From: Thermodesulfobacteriota bacterium
GTDB taxonomy: Bacteria; Desulfobacterota; WTBG01; JAGOGO01
Direction: 5' to 3'
Assembly (NCBI GenBank): GCA_026625185.1
Contig: CP113000.1
Location: forward strand, 2,952,651 to 2,984,650
DNA length: 32,000 nt
Shown: in pieces, positions 7,759 through 18,456 of the stretch
Numbering within the stretch: position 1 is the stretch's first letter
How the letters are laid out: each line of letters starts with the position of its first letter
Notes under the pieces: model-generated
Databases searched by the model: none
The model's input: the letters and a program-made list of their open reading frames with translations, nothing else
What the model was told of the DNA's origin: nothing
Program-made: the position numbers and the translations under genes

Positions 7759-9099
7759 TTAGTGCCAAGTTTTTAAATAGGCCGGGATATGGGCGCCTTC
7801 TCTCGGGCCGATTTGGATTTCCCAATCAGGCAATTCTTCTTCTAACTCACCGCTGATGCTCGCCGCATAACCAGGGATAACTAATTTTCGATGTTTCACT
7901 TTATCCAAAATGCCGGATTTTTTTAAAAACAGGGCGATTCGGTCAGCGGAAAATTTTCCTGCGGCCCAGCTGGTTAAAACGGAAAGCCCCTCGGTATCGA
8001 GTACCAACAGCCAAGAAGGAACGCGCGAGTTTTCAACCTCACCCGAAACAATAAAATAGGTAAGCGAAAAGTTCGACGTAATCAGGACCGGGGAATTTTC
8101 CGTGGGTAAATTAATTTCATAAATTCCTTGGGAAGTAGCCATCGGCCGCTGAGGGTCAGTATAAATATTCATCCGTTGAACCAAAAGCGGAAAAAGACTT
8201 TCACCCTGCAGATCGGAAAGAACCATGATCCCCGCGTATTTAGAAACCATGGTGGAGGCAATCAAGCTTTCTTCCAACAAGTCTTTGCTCATCTCACACG
8301 GGAACGCAATGGTCGGAAAACCTAAAGCCCGAACTCCCCCGACTAAGGCTGCCCTTCGAATACTTACCTGGTCAGTAAATACTTTATTTAAGGCCCGGCT
8401 CCCGGAGTCAATCACTAAATCCTTAAGGCCCATCTCGGTTAGTTTCGTGGTTAACTCCATCACCTCATCAATATCTTTTCCTTTAACCGCTAACGGGAGG
8501 TTTTTTTCTTTCGCCAATTTCCCCAGTGCGTCTACATTTTCCTTGGTGGCCGCGTAAAGCAGAGGCCGAATCGGAGCCGCAATTTCAGAGGCGGCCTGCA
8601 GGTTTTCCGCTTTATCGCTCATCAGGATTATTTTTTTGATCCCCGCATCCATTACTTTTTTAATTAAACTCAAAAATTTATCCTTATTTCCCGAAGTGTT
8701 TTGCAGGGCAACAAGATCAGGTTTAAGAATAAGGCCAACGCGTTCATATTTCAATTCTTGAAATCTTTTTAAGCGTCCCTCCACATCGTCATCGTTCATG
8801 TCATCAGCAATCAATACCGCGATACCAGCGGGGTTCACGAAAGTTTTTTCATGCCGAAATTGAACTGTTTCTCCTCCGCATTTAAACACGTCATCCGAGC
8901 CAATTACCACCGGTCTGATCGGCGGCGCAGATGCTTCAGCAAGCTGCGCTTTAGCCTCATCAGAAACATAGGGACAACTCTCCAGCTCGGCCTGCCCGGC
9001 AGCCAACTTCATCGCAAACGCCAAACACGTGGGGACGCCACATTCAGCACAGTTGGTTTTGGGAAGGAGTTTAAAAATTTGAATTCCGGTTAAACCCAT
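7759..9099 (-). CDS. acsC: Corrinoid iron-sulfur protein, large subunit (CFeSP gamma, CdhE type).
   Basis: 446-aa ORF. The N-terminal [4Fe-4S] motif is KTNCAECGVPTCLAFAMKLAAGQ...CPY. ATG start with a GGAGG RBS. Confidence 0.9.
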   Translation of the reverse strand: MGLTGIQIFKLLPKTNCAECGVPTCLAFAMKLAAGQAELESCPYVSDEAKAQLAEASAPPIRPVVIGSDDVFKCGGETVQFRHEKTFVNPAGIAVLIADDMNDDDVEGRLKRFQELKYERVGLILKPDLVALQNTSGNKDKFLSLIKKVMDAGIKKIILMSDKAENLQAASEIAAPIRPLLYAATKENVDALGKLAKEKNLPLAVKGKDIDEVMELTTKLTEMGLKDLVIDSGSRALNKVFTDQVSIRRAALVGGVRALGFPTIAFPCEMSKDLLEESLIASTMVSKYAGIMVLSDLQGESLFPLLVQRMNIYTDPQRPMATSQGIYEINLPTENSPVLITSNFSLTYFIVSGEVENSRVPSWLLVLDTEGLSVLTSWAAGKFSADRIALFLKKSGILDKVKHRKLVIPGYAASISGELEEELPDWEIQIGPREGAHIPAYLKTWH

Positions 9100-9139
9100 G
9101 GGGTTCCTCCTTTCAGCTTCCTGGGGTAATTATTTCTTC

Positions 9140-11350
9140 TTAAACGTTCATAATCGATTCCATAGAAAGAGCGGGATGCCCTTTTTCTTTAAGCCAGGGA
9201 AGAATTTCTTCCTGCGTAATGCCTACGGTCTCATCAGCAATCATATCCGCGAAGTTTTCAATGCCAAGCTCTTTGGCGCGGGCATTTATTTTATCCCGCA
9301 AGGTTTCTTTCAGGGCTTTCGGGAGCCATACCAGTCGCTTAATACCCCCTTCAGCATTGATAAATTTTTTTGAGGTGATGTAATGTTTGCTGTGGCCCAC
9401 AAACCCGGGAGTCACTTTCCCGCCGCCTACCTGGCCGGCCAGCGAGGTGAATTTCATTCCGCAAGGAGTATCAATTGAACTATCCCGATCAACAGTCATA
9501 ACTCCATTACATTGATCCAACACCGCCGCGATACACTCAAAGCACCCGCATGAGGTCATCGGAGTAACCATAATGCTATACGCGCTTGCTTCAAGAACAT
9601 TGCCACGAGAAGCTCGAGCAAGAAAATCGTTTACCCCATTCCATTTTCCCAGACGGGCATCAATAACCTCACCTTTCTGGATGGGTTGATTGGGTCCGGT
9701 CGGATTAATTTCTTTAGAGGCTTTGCAATCAAGCCAGTTATATGCGCCGCACAGCCCGGTTCGCTCCGGAGTTACCACACACACATGGGAAGGAGCAAAT
9801 GACTGACAGAGGGTGCAGGAATAGTATGTTTCTTCAGTTTCATCGGTCATTCCTGCAATCCGTTCGTCGCGAATCGTAAAAGTATGCCGTGCCTTCTGGG
9901 TAAGTTCTTTAACCTTATCTTCTTCTGTGTAAATCTGAACCTGGACCTTATCCAGGATCGCGCCAAAATCTTTGTGGTACATGGAATGAAGAATCTTACC
10001 AAGATCTTTTAACGTAAATCCTTTCTCCACCGCCTGCTTGGCGATCCGAATCCAGGCGACATCCCGCTGTCCGATATGCATCAATCCCTGGGCATAGTTG
10101 ATAAGATGGTGGATCTGCCGTTCCAAAATCGGAAGAAAGTCCTCTTGCATCTGACGACCGGCAACCATGACATAAATACCAAGGGGAATACGACTTCCCG
10201 CCGGAACATCAGTAATGTCGGGACCAAAAAGCTCAACTTTTCCGTCTTCAACTTCATTCATGTTTTTCATCTCAGAAAATTCGGTCATCTGACTCCGGCC
10301 ACCACCGCATTCAAGATGAATATCGGCCCCCCGAACCCGCTCACCTTCAAAGGCCGCTCCATACGCAAGCGGAATAGGAACCTCAGTAACCGCAACTTTA
10401 AGACCCCGCACTTCGATTGCTTTCTGCACCATTTCCTCATAGGGAACATTGGAGATAACATGCTCATAGGTGCAAATCCCGGTGGGAAGAACTTCAGGAA
10501 TCGGGGTATCAGCAATAACCGGAAACCCATAATTAATCGCTCCGGCCGCATTTGCATACCACTCATCCGATACAAACCCCATCGCCAAAACAAAGGCGAA
10601 AATCCGGTCTTTATTGTAGATAAGCACCTTACGAAAATCTCCTGGTTTTGCCCCTCCAAAGGACATGGCAGCGCGAGTGGCAAAACCCAGCGCAAAAACC
10701 GCGGCATTCACATTGGGACCAAAAGAAACCAAACGGGTGTTCCACCCGATTTGCACCCCTGCCTTTACCAGCTGCTCAGACATGCGCACCCCATTATTAT
10801 CTGAACCCATAAACACATAGAGATTTTTCAGCTGGAGCTCATGGGCGATTTTTGCCGCAATCTCTTCGCTGGGCGGAGCTCCAAGAATAGCCGCAAACCC
10901 GGGAGCGGTTCCATCAACAAATTCCACTCCTCTTTTTCGCATAATCACATCATCAGCCGCTCCGAGCCAAATATTGTTGTCGGTAACCTCTTCACCGCGG
11001 AGATAAAAGTCGGGATGCTCAAGATAACGGATGGCTTCTTCAATTTCCTCGACCCACAGGGTAGCCATTCCCGCATCAAGTGCCGGAGCTAAATAGGGTA
11101 AATGGTGTTGTTCTTTAACTGCAGGGGGTAAAATTTCCCGGCAGCGCCTTAAGACCCGCTGGCAATCACCTAAAGTTTTGACCGGTATTCCGGTAATTCC
11201 ATAAATTATCGGAAGATAATAGGCAGTATCCGGAAACCCGATTTCCTGATTCGGTCCATACTTTTCAAGTACTTCCTTATATTTTTTTTCAACTCGAGTA
11301 ATAATTTTATGAGCGCCACGAATGGCAGCTGAAGCAATAATTTTGGACAC
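9140..11350 (-). CDS. acsB: Acetyl-CoA synthase catalytic subunit (ACS, A-cluster protein).
   Basis: 736-aa ORF with a GTG start and AAGGAGG RBS. It has the typical ACS N-terminus (IIASAAIRGAHKII...FPDTAYYLP) and the A-cluster region YYSCTLCQSFAPSHVCVVTPERTGLCGA...SCGCFEC. Confidence 0.92.
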   Translation of the reverse strand: MSKIIASAAIRGAHKIITRVEKKYKEVLEKYGPNQEIGFPDTAYYLPIIYGITGIPVKTLGDCQRVLRRCREILPPAVKEQHHLPYLAPALDAGMATLWVEEIEEAIRYLEHPDFYLRGEEVTDNNIWLGAADDVIMRKRGVEFVDGTAPGFAAILGAPPSEEIAAKIAHELQLKNLYVFMGSDNNGVRMSEQLVKAGVQIGWNTRLVSFGPNVNAAVFALGFATRAAMSFGGAKPGDFRKVLIYNKDRIFAFVLAMGFVSDEWYANAAGAINYGFPVIADTPIPEVLPTGICTYEHVISNVPYEEMVQKAIEVRGLKVAVTEVPIPLAYGAAFEGERVRGADIHLECGGGRSQMTEFSEMKNMNEVEDGKVELFGPDITDVPAGSRIPLGIYVMVAGRQMQEDFLPILERQIHHLINYAQGLMHIGQRDVAWIRIAKQAVEKGFTLKDLGKILHSMYHKDFGAILDKVQVQIYTEEDKVKELTQKARHTFTIRDERIAGMTDETEETYYSCTLCQSFAPSHVCVVTPERTGLCGAYNWLDCKASKEINPTGPNQPIQKGEVIDARLGKWNGVNDFLARASRGNVLEASAYSIMVTPMTSCGCFECIAAVLDQCNGVMTVDRDSSIDTPCGMKFTSLAGQVGGGKVTPGFVGHSKHYITSKKFINAEGGIKRLVWLPKALKETLRDKINARAKELGIENFADMIADETVGITQEEILPWLKEKGHPALSMESIMNV

Positions 11351-11393
11351 TGTAATTCCTCCTTATTTTTTGCTTAAAAAATTGACGTGCCTA

Positions 11394-13388
11394 TTAAACC
11401 GCTTCCAATTCACGCCTCATTGCCATATCATAAAGTACTCGCTCTCGAGCTTTATCGATTCCGAGTGCTTTCCGTTTTTTATCGATATGGGTTATCATCT
11501 TCTTTGCCATCTCGATGGGATCGGTGGCAAAATCCCACATTCCCCCTACTTCTTGTTCTAAGCCTTTGAACAAATACTCCGTTAATACGTCACACCCCAC
11601 AGTAGGAAAAGTGGTCCCAAAAATCGTGTAGACGCCGGAGGCAACAAAATACTGGCCAATGGCAACCGCCTTTTCACTCATCCACTCGGGGGCGCACCCG
11701 GCGGCCGGCAAATCACTGATGTCATCTCCCAAACCGCCTTCTTTCACTACCGCAGTGGCGGCTATGAGGATTCGGCTGTTATCAACGCACGACCCCATGT
11801 GAAGTACCGGCGGAATACCCACCGCTTCACACACCTCTGCCAACCCGCTGCCCGCATATTGTGCTGCGGCTTCGGGAAGAAGCAGTCCCGCTTTTCCACA
11901 GGCCATGGCCGAACATCCGGTGGAAAGAACAATGACGTCGTTTTTAATCAACTCTTTAATCAAGGTCAAGTGGGCTTGGTCATGAACGGTCCGCGCATTG
12001 TTGCACCCTACCACACCAGCGATGCCGCGAATTCTTCCCCCGATAATATTATCATTGAGAGGTTTGTAAGAAGCTCTAAACATCCCCCCCAAGAGATAAT
12101 TAATCGTCTCATGGGCAAAACCTACGACGGTATCACATTTTTGACCGGGTATTTTGATTTTACTCGTGCGTTTTGGAAAATTTTCAATTGCCGCTCTCAC
12201 AATCTCTTTAGCCGTCTCAAGGGGATTGTGCTCTTCAAATTGGATATGCCGCGCCCCGCTAATTTTAGCTTTCGGAGAGGTTGTTATAATTTCGGTATGA
12301 TAGCACTGGGCAACATCATGAATGGACTGCATTTCACACTGAACATCCACCACCATTGCGTCAATCACTCCGGTCACGATTGCAAGCTCTTGCTGAAGAA
12401 AGTTCCCTGCAATCGGTATCCCGTGACGCATCAAGATCTCATTAGCCGTACAGCACATACCGGCCAGGTTGATCCCTTTAGCTCCTTTCGATTTGGCAAA
12501 GGCGATCATGTCTGGCTCTTGGGTCGCCACCACCACCATTTCGGAAAGAAGCGGATCATGACCATGAACAATAATGTTGATCTCATCTTCTTTTAAAACC
12601 CCCAGGTTGATAGATCCTTTGATGGGCACAGGGGTCCCAAACAAAATATCCTGGAGTTCAGTAGCCAGCATAGAACCTCCCCATCCGTCAGCCAGGGCTG
12701 CTCGGCTTCCCTGGGCGATGAGGTTTTTGTAGTCTTGATCTACCCCCATATGGGTACGGTGCATAAGTTCAACGATTTCACGATCGATCCCTCTGGGAAT
12801 CAGGTCGTATTTGCGCCAGATTTCCTGACGTTTCAGAGGAGCGCGTTTCATCATCACCAGCCCCCCTTCCTGTTTTCCCCACTCGGCACCTGCCAGTTCA
12901 CCTACTTTAATCGCAATCTCTTCAATCTCCATATCCTCGATGTCAATGCCAAAATCCAAGGCAAGTTGCAAGAGCTTAGGCACGTCTTTTACTCCATATC
13001 CGGGAATTTCTCCTTTGGCTGCTAATAAAAATACTTCTGCCACTCCCCGGCCGTGATCAGAGTGGGAAGCTGACCCGCCGGCGATCATCCTCACAAAGTT
13101 CCGGGCAGTGATAGTCTCGATGGTAGCCCCGCACACCCCAACCCGTTTTTTTTCTTCCCCTTCAGCTTTCTTTTTGGGTGCCGGAAGCCGGCACGGTCCC
13201 ATCGCGCAGGTTCGGCAACAGCTTCCTTCCACCCCAATCGGACAGGGCTTCATGGCCTCAGCCCGGTCGAATATTAAACTCACCCCATCGGCTTTAGCCT
13301 TTTCGATCATCTCCTGGCTCGCTTCGCAAACCGTCAGCAGAGAATTAACTTTTTCTTCTTTTGTTTTTTTCATTTCGTCTGCCATCAT
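11394..13388 (-). CDS. acsA: Carbon monoxide dehydrogenase catalytic subunit (Ni-Fe CODH, ACS-associated).
   Basis: 664-aa ORF. The B/D-cluster region reads CPIGVEGSCCRTCAMGPCRL, and HGHDPLL, CCTANE and GSCVDNSR are CooS-type C-cluster ligand contexts. Tandem ATG ATG start after an AGGAGG RBS. Confidence 0.92.
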   Translation of the reverse strand: MMADEMKKTKEEKVNSLLTVCEASQEMIEKAKADGVSLIFDRAEAMKPCPIGVEGSCCRTCAMGPCRLPAPKKKAEGEEKKRVGVCGATIETITARNFVRMIAGGSASHSDHGRGVAEVFLLAAKGEIPGYGVKDVPKLLQLALDFGIDIEDMEIEEIAIKVGELAGAEWGKQEGGLVMMKRAPLKRQEIWRKYDLIPRGIDREIVELMHRTHMGVDQDYKNLIAQGSRAALADGWGGSMLATELQDILFGTPVPIKGSINLGVLKEDEINIIVHGHDPLLSEMVVVATQEPDMIAFAKSKGAKGINLAGMCCTANEILMRHGIPIAGNFLQQELAIVTGVIDAMVVDVQCEMQSIHDVAQCYHTEIITTSPKAKISGARHIQFEEHNPLETAKEIVRAAIENFPKRTSKIKIPGQKCDTVVGFAHETINYLLGGMFRASYKPLNDNIIGGRIRGIAGVVGCNNARTVHDQAHLTLIKELIKNDVIVLSTGCSAMACGKAGLLLPEAAAQYAGSGLAEVCEAVGIPPVLHMGSCVDNSRILIAATAVVKEGGLGDDISDLPAAGCAPEWMSEKAVAIGQYFVASGVYTIFGTTFPTVGCDVLTEYLFKGLEQEVGGMWDFATDPIEMAKKMITHIDKKRKALGIDKARERVLYDMAMRRELEAV

Positions 13389-13426
13389 TTACCTCCTAAA
13401 CTTTCATTGAGTAAAAAATTTACCCA

Positions 13427-14956
13427 TCAGGCCGGTGTTTTTCTTTTTTCACTACCATATACTTCGGCAGAATACCAGTAACGCAAGCCTGTCTTTAGAT
13501 ATTGAATCATTTCTTCCTTATCTCTCAGTTTTTGTCTCCAGTCTTCTTTCCTTTCGGGCGTTCCTGCTTCATAACTCGCACCCAAAAGCTCAACCTGTTT
13601 GCCGGAGAAATCCTGCTTCTTTTCTTTTTGATAATTAAATTCCCCAATATTATCATCCGGCGCTGCCCAGGAATCCAGAATTTTAACCGGGGGAACTTCT
13701 TTGGCTTTCTTTTTCTTTTTTTCTTTTACACCCGCTTCTTCCGAAACCACGGCAGGCTGGACTTCAGCCTTTTTAGCTTCCAAAAATGCGGAGAAGGTCT
13801 TCACCGCGTCGGGTGAGAGCGTTATTCCACCTTCTCCTTCCTCAGAAACCTTGACCAGCGCAAGCACATGGTCTGAGCCGACGGTCAAAGGAGCATTCAT
13901 GATTTTAGCAATATCAATATCAAGTTTAATTCCCCGGGGCAGGTTGGCAACCGCAGCAACCGCACCAGGAACAGCTTTTGAAACCTCTTTAGAAACCGCA
14001 ACCAACGCAGGTCGGGAAACTCCACTCATATCAGCAATATAGTTTCTCACCGACTCAATCGCTTTCGGATGACGCATTACCAAAATGTCAGCCCCGGCAA
14101 GCAATAACGTTACCGCGGTCATCGCTTCGAGAGTAACCCCTCGGTTTAAAGCTTTTCCCATGAGGGGATTATCTGCAAGTTTAGCTTCTTTGGTTTTCCA
14201 AACTTCATCCGCCAAATTAGAAATCATCGGAAACTGCAATTTTTCATCTTGCTGGGTAAGCGCGGCCTGACGGATCCGTTCCATAACCGAATAGCTGTAT
14301 TCAATCCCGTATCCGATAGCTCCGGTAGTGGGATCAATGAGAATATTTTCCGGCGGCACTCCCAGGTTGCCGAGTAAGATATTAAGCTGCTTCGCTAAGT
14401 TAATATCAATCGGAGAACTGGCGACTACCATATGGTTATAGGCAAGCGCTTGAGCGCCAATTTGTTTATGGTTTCCTTCTTGCACGGGTCCTAAAGCCAC
14501 CTTTTTACCTGAGCATGCCATGGCAACCTTGCGAAGCACTTCCGCATCTTTCTCCACGTTGGTTGATCCCCACACGATAAGCGGAATATCAATTGCTTCC
14601 AGCACTTGTTTGGCAGTTTCAGCAGCCTCATCAGCGCTTCGGTTGAGCCCATTGGGGTCAGTGCTTTTTAACCACAAGAATATGATATCAGCCTTATAAA
14701 CATCCTGGGCTTTTTTCGCCCACCCTACCGGATTTCCTAAAACATCTTTATAAGGCTCCAAGCAGGCGTCCGCCCATTCTTCAGGAGTAAAGTCCGGAAC
14801 CTGAATAGCTATCTTGGGTACATGAGGTATTTCCCCTTCAAAGGCGTAAAAGGGATACGAATCCCCCCCACCTACAATCACTTTTTTTCCGTTTTTTTCC
14901 AAGGTAATGGGACGAATGCTGCCAGTATAAGCCAGCGTCGGTATTTTAAAAGCCAT
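13427..14956 (-). CDS. acsD: Corrinoid iron-sulfur protein, small subunit (CFeSP delta, CdhD type), with a roughly 195-aa C-terminal extension.
   Basis: 509-aa ORF with an ATG start and GGGAGG RBS. Residues 1 to about 312 match the AcsD pattern (VGGGDSYPFYAFEG, SPIDINLAKQLNILL, DPTTGAIGYGIEYSYSVMERIR, LVMRHPKA). The remainder is an extra Lys/Glu-rich region. Confidence 0.85.
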   Translation of the reverse strand: MAFKIPTLAYTGSIRPITLEKNGKKVIVGGGDSYPFYAFEGEIPHVPKIAIQVPDFTPEEWADACLEPYKDVLGNPVGWAKKAQDVYKADIIFLWLKSTDPNGLNRSADEAAETAKQVLEAIDIPLIVWGSTNVEKDAEVLRKVAMACSGKKVALGPVQEGNHKQIGAQALAYNHMVVASSPIDINLAKQLNILLGNLGVPPENILIDPTTGAIGYGIEYSYSVMERIRQAALTQQDEKLQFPMISNLADEVWKTKEAKLADNPLMGKALNRGVTLEAMTAVTLLLAGADILVMRHPKAIESVRNYIADMSGVSRPALVAVSKEVSKAVPGAVAAVANLPRGIKLDIDIAKIMNAPLTVGSDHVLALVKVSEEGEGGITLSPDAVKTFSAFLEAKKAEVQPAVVSEEAGVKEKKKKKAKEVPPVKILDSWAAPDDNIGEFNYQKEKKQDFSGKQVELLGASYEAGTPERKEDWRQKLRDKEEMIQYLKTGLRYWYSAEVYGSEKRKTPA

Positions 14957-14977
14957 AATGCACCTCCCTAAGGATTC

Positions 14978-15865
14978 TTATTTTAAACCCGCGGCTAATT
15001 TAGCTGCTTTAACCGTATTCATCATTAACATGGTAATGGTCATAGGACCAACTCCTCCAGGAACCGGCGTAATCATGCTTGCCTTTTCCTTCACTCCCTC
15101 AAAATCAACATCACCGCAGAGCAGGGCCTTACCCGATCCGCTCATGCCGATTCGGTTAACCCCCACATCAATAACCACTGCCCCTTCCTTAACCATATCC
15201 GCGGTGATTGCTTTTGCTTTGCCGGCGGCAACAATCAAAATATCCGCTCTTTTGGTATGAAATGCGGTATCTCGAGTAGCGGTATGACAGATGGTAACCG
15301 TGGCATTAGCGCCCTTCTGTTTTTGGAGAAGAATATTAGCGATCGGTTTACCCACAATGTTGCTTCGACCAATCACAACTACCTCCGCTCCTTTAGTTTC
15401 AACCCCGGAGCGGATCAAAAGCTGCTGAATCCCTGCCGGCGTGCAAGGAAGGTAATCAGCTTCTCCAATCATAAGTTTTCCCACGTTTACCGGGTGAAAT
15501 CCATCAACATCTTTTCTGGGATCGATTGCATAGAGTATTTTATTTTCGTCAATATGCTTAGGTAGGGGCAGCTGCACTAAGATGCCGTGAATTTTCGGAT
15601 CATGATTATATGAATCTATTAATTTAAGAAGTTGATCTTCGGAAATGTCTTGAGGCTGGTTGTCTTGAATCGAATAAAATCCAAGGTCTTTTGAAGTCTT
15701 TTGTTTTGCGGTTACATAACTAACCGAGGCCGGATTTTCCCCAACGAGAATAGTAACCAGACCGGGGACTACGCCGGTTTTCTCTTTCAGGATTGCAACG
15801 TCCTTCTTTAATTCTTCCCGAATCTCCTTTGCAACTTCATTTCCGCTTATGATTTTTGCTGCCAT
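14978..15865 (-). CDS. folD: Bifunctional methylenetetrahydrofolate dehydrogenase / methenyltetrahydrofolate cyclohydrolase.
   Basis: 295-aa ORF containing PGLVTILVGENPASVSYV, GILVQLPLP, VVIGRSNIVGKP and TPVPGGVGPMT, the classic FolD motifs. Confidence 0.93.
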   Translation of the reverse strand: MAAKIISGNEVAKEIREELKKDVAILKEKTGVVPGLVTILVGENPASVSYVTAKQKTSKDLGFYSIQDNQPQDISEDQLLKLIDSYNHDPKIHGILVQLPLPKHIDENKILYAIDPRKDVDGFHPVNVGKLMIGEADYLPCTPAGIQQLLIRSGVETKGAEVVVIGRSNIVGKPIANILLQKQKGANATVTICHTATRDTAFHTKRADILIVAAGKAKAITADMVKEGAVVIDVGVNRIGMSGSGKALLCGDVDFEGVKEKASMITPVPGGVGPMTITMLMMNTVKAAKLAAGLK

Positions 15866-15883
15866 TGCCTTACCCTCCTCTTT

Positions 15884-16627
15884 CTATAGTAATGAGTCCA
15901 AAATAGCTTTCATTCCTCTTACCGCGGGTGAAGATTCCGGCAAGTTATACGTCGGCTCCCCTTCACGGTCCCTTTGAGAAATATTGTCGTCATAAGGGAT
16001 ATAACCCGCAACTTCCAGGTGGAGCCTTTTTGCTTCTTCTTCTAAACGAGGATCACCATCCTTTTCAAACTTGCTGATAAGCACCACCTTCCGGAAAACG
16101 GCAAGTTTTAATTCTTCAATAAGGTCAAAAATTCGCCGCACCGCTTGGAGACCACGAACACTATGATCAGAAACAATAAAGAGAAGATCAATATTCTGAG
16201 TCGTTAAACGACTGAAGTGCTCCATTCCGGCTTCGTTATCAATAATAATATATTGATAATTTTTAGTAAGGACCTCAATAAAATGTCGCGCCAGGGAATT
16301 CGCAACACAATAACATCCCGGCCCTTCCGGCCTTCCCATAACCAAAAGGTCATACTTATCAGTTTCCACCAGGGTTTCTTCGGCTTTCATCTCGAACCAA
16401 ATATCTTTGGTCATCCCCGAAGGAACGTCAGTGCGGATTTTTTCCCTGATTCCCCCAATCGTTTGGCTAACCGAAATCCCTAACACCTCATTGAGGTTAG
16501 CATTCGCATCAGCGTCAACCGCTAAAATCGGCGATTTTCCTCTACGAATAAGATATCCAATAATTAAGCCCGCAATTGTGGTCTTACCCGTGCCCCCTTT
16601 TCCAGAAACTGCGATTTTAAAACCCAC
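15884..16627 (-). CDS. cooC: CODH/ACS nickel-insertion accessory ATPase (CooC/AcsF family).
   Basis: 247-aa ORF with a GTG start. It has a deviant Walker A (SGKGGTGKTT) and the CooC metal-binding motif GPGCYC, and it lies inside the acs operon. Confidence 0.88.
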   Translation of the reverse strand: MGFKIAVSGKGGTGKTTIAGLIIGYLIRRGKSPILAVDADANANLNEVLGISVSQTIGGIREKIRTDVPSGMTKDIWFEMKAEETLVETDKYDLLVMGRPEGPGCYCVANSLARHFIEVLTKNYQYIIIDNEAGMEHFSRLTTQNIDLLFIVSDHSVRGLQAVRRIFDLIEELKLAVFRKVVLISKFEKDGDPRLEEEAKRLHLEVAGYIPYDDNISQRDREGEPTYNLPESSPAVRGMKAILDSLL

Positions 16628-16648
16628 ATCAACATACCTATCAAATGA

Positions 16649-18412
16649 TTAAAAAAGCCCCGTCACCTTTCCGGTATTAACATCGACATCAACTTTTCTA
16701 AAGGCCGGGTCGGAACTCGTTCCCGGCATCAGGCTGATCGTGCCAGCGCAGGGACATAAAAACTTGGCGCCCGAGTAAATTAAAACGTCTCGGATCGGCA
16801 AGGTCCAACCCTTAGGAACACCTTTCACAGCCGGATCATGAGTTAGGCTGAGATGGGTTTTAACCATCATCGTGGCATAATCATTATATTTGGAATCACT
16901 TTCGAGCATCTTCGCTTTAGCCTCAGCATCCGGCAACCAGGAAACCCCATCCGCACCGTAGACCTCTTTGGCGATCAAATCAACTCGTTCCCTAAGTTTC
17001 ATCTCCAAAGGATACAAAAATTTAAAATGGGATTCATCTTTACAAGCCTCAATTATTGCATCAGCAAGCTCCAAAGCTCCTTCTCCTCCTTTGAGCCAGT
17101 GTTCTGACTCCGCGCACCTTGCTCCAGCAGCTTCTGCGGCCTTCCTTACCATTGTTACCTCTGCATCCGTATCAGTATGGAAGCGATTAACGCACACTAC
17201 AGGATTTATCCCTGATTTGCGGATGGTATTGATATGGTGCACCATATTCTCCACACCTTTTTCCAATAATTTCAGGTTTTCTTTCTTGTAGTCTTCAGGA
17301 AGGGGAATTCCTGCTACCACCTTTGGTCCACCTCCATGCATTTTAAGGGCTCGAATGGTACTGGTGAGCACTGAAACATGGGGCTTAAGCCCACTGTATC
17401 GGCACTTTACGTTCCAAAATTTTTCAAATCCAATATCCGCCGCAAAACCGCTTTCGGTAACATGGTAATCAAACATTTTCAACCCGATCCGGTCGGCGAT
17501 AATCGATGATTGCCCCACAGCTATATTGGCAAAAGGTCCGGCATGAACCATGCACGGCTGATACTCGGCACTGCTCATCAAAGTAGGATTAATGGTGTTT
17601 CGCATCCAAGCGGTCATGGCACCACCCACTCCCAGGTCACCAGTAGTTACCGGTTTCCCACTTTTATCAAAAGCGACGGTAATGTTATTCAGTCTCTCCC
17701 TTAGGTCAGCCAAGTCTCGAACAATAGAAAGAATAGCCATACACTCCGAACTCACGGCAATCCCGAATTTGGACTGCATACAAAAGCCGTCCATGCGACC
17801 GCCTAATCCAATTATAATATTTCTCAAGCTCTGAGCACAAAAATCCATGATCCATCCCATTTCAACCCTGGTAGGATCAACATCCAAACGCCGCATCTTG
17901 GTAAGCCTTTGGAGCTGCTCATCATTGTAATTACGCTCATGTTGCATCCTAGACGTAAGAGCAACCATGGCAAGGTTATGGGCGTTCACAATGTCATTGA
18001 TATCACCCGTAAGACCTAAGGAAAATTCGGTCATGGGTATAAGAAGAGCATTGCCGCCGCCAGCGGCTGTGCCTTTAATATTCATGGTCGGGCCACCGGA
18101 TGGCTGCCTAATACACCCACCAACATTTTTACCGCGTTTGCCAAGTCCTTCAAGAATTCCCAGGGTGGTTGTACTCTTTCCTTCTCCGAGAGGAGTCGGT
18201 GTAATCGCAGTAACTTCGATGTACTTACCATCGGGCTTGTCCTTCAACCGATTGATGATTTTCATGAAATCAAGCTTACAAAGCTTCCCCATCGGAATAA
18301 TCTCATCCTTTTGAAGGCCTAATTTTTCTTTCCATACGTCCGGTGTGGGCATATTTACTTCAGCGACTTCTGATATTTGCCAATCGGCCATTTTAGTTGC
18401 ATCATATGACAT
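16649..18412 (-). CDS. fhs: Formate-tetrahydrofolate ligase.
   Basis: 587-aa ORF with an ATG start and AGGAGGGA RBS. It contains [13 protein letters not shown], plus a length and C-terminus typical of Fhs. Confidence 0.93.
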   Translation of the reverse strand: MSYDATKMADWQISEVAEVNMPTPDVWKEKLGLQKDEIIPMGKLCKLDFMKIINRLKDKPDGKYIEVTAITPTPLGEGKSTTTLGILEGLGKRGKNVGGCIRQPSGGPTMNIKGTAAGGGNALLIPMTEFSLGLTGDINDIVNAHNLAMVALTSRMQHERNYNDEQLQRLTKMRRLDVDPTRVEMGWIMDFCAQSLRNIIIGLGGRMDGFCMQSKFGIAVSSECMAILSIVRDLADLRERLNNITVAFDKSGKPVTTGDLGVGGAMTAWMRNTINPTLMSSAEYQPCMVHAGPFANIAVGQSSIIADRIGLKMFDYHVTESGFAADIGFEKFWNVKCRYSGLKPHVSVLTSTIRALKMHGGGPKVVAGIPLPEDYKKENLKLLEKGVENMVHHINTIRKSGINPVVCVNRFHTDTDAEVTMVRKAAEAAGARCAESEHWLKGGEGALELADAIIEACKDESHFKFLYPLEMKLRERVDLIAKEVYGADGVSWLPDAEAKAKMLESDSKYNDYATMMVKTHLSLTHDPAVKGVPKGWTLPIRDVLIYSGAKFLCPCAGTISLMPGTSSDPAFRKVDVDVNTGKVTGLF

Positions 18413-18456
18413 AAGTATCCCTCCTCTTAGGTTAAAAAAAGTTTTAGTAAAAAAAA

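Noticed and set aside
1-18412. Selenocysteine or recoding events in the Hdr/CODH genes.
   Set aside because: All reading frames are continuous without in-frame TGA. No interruption needs explaining.
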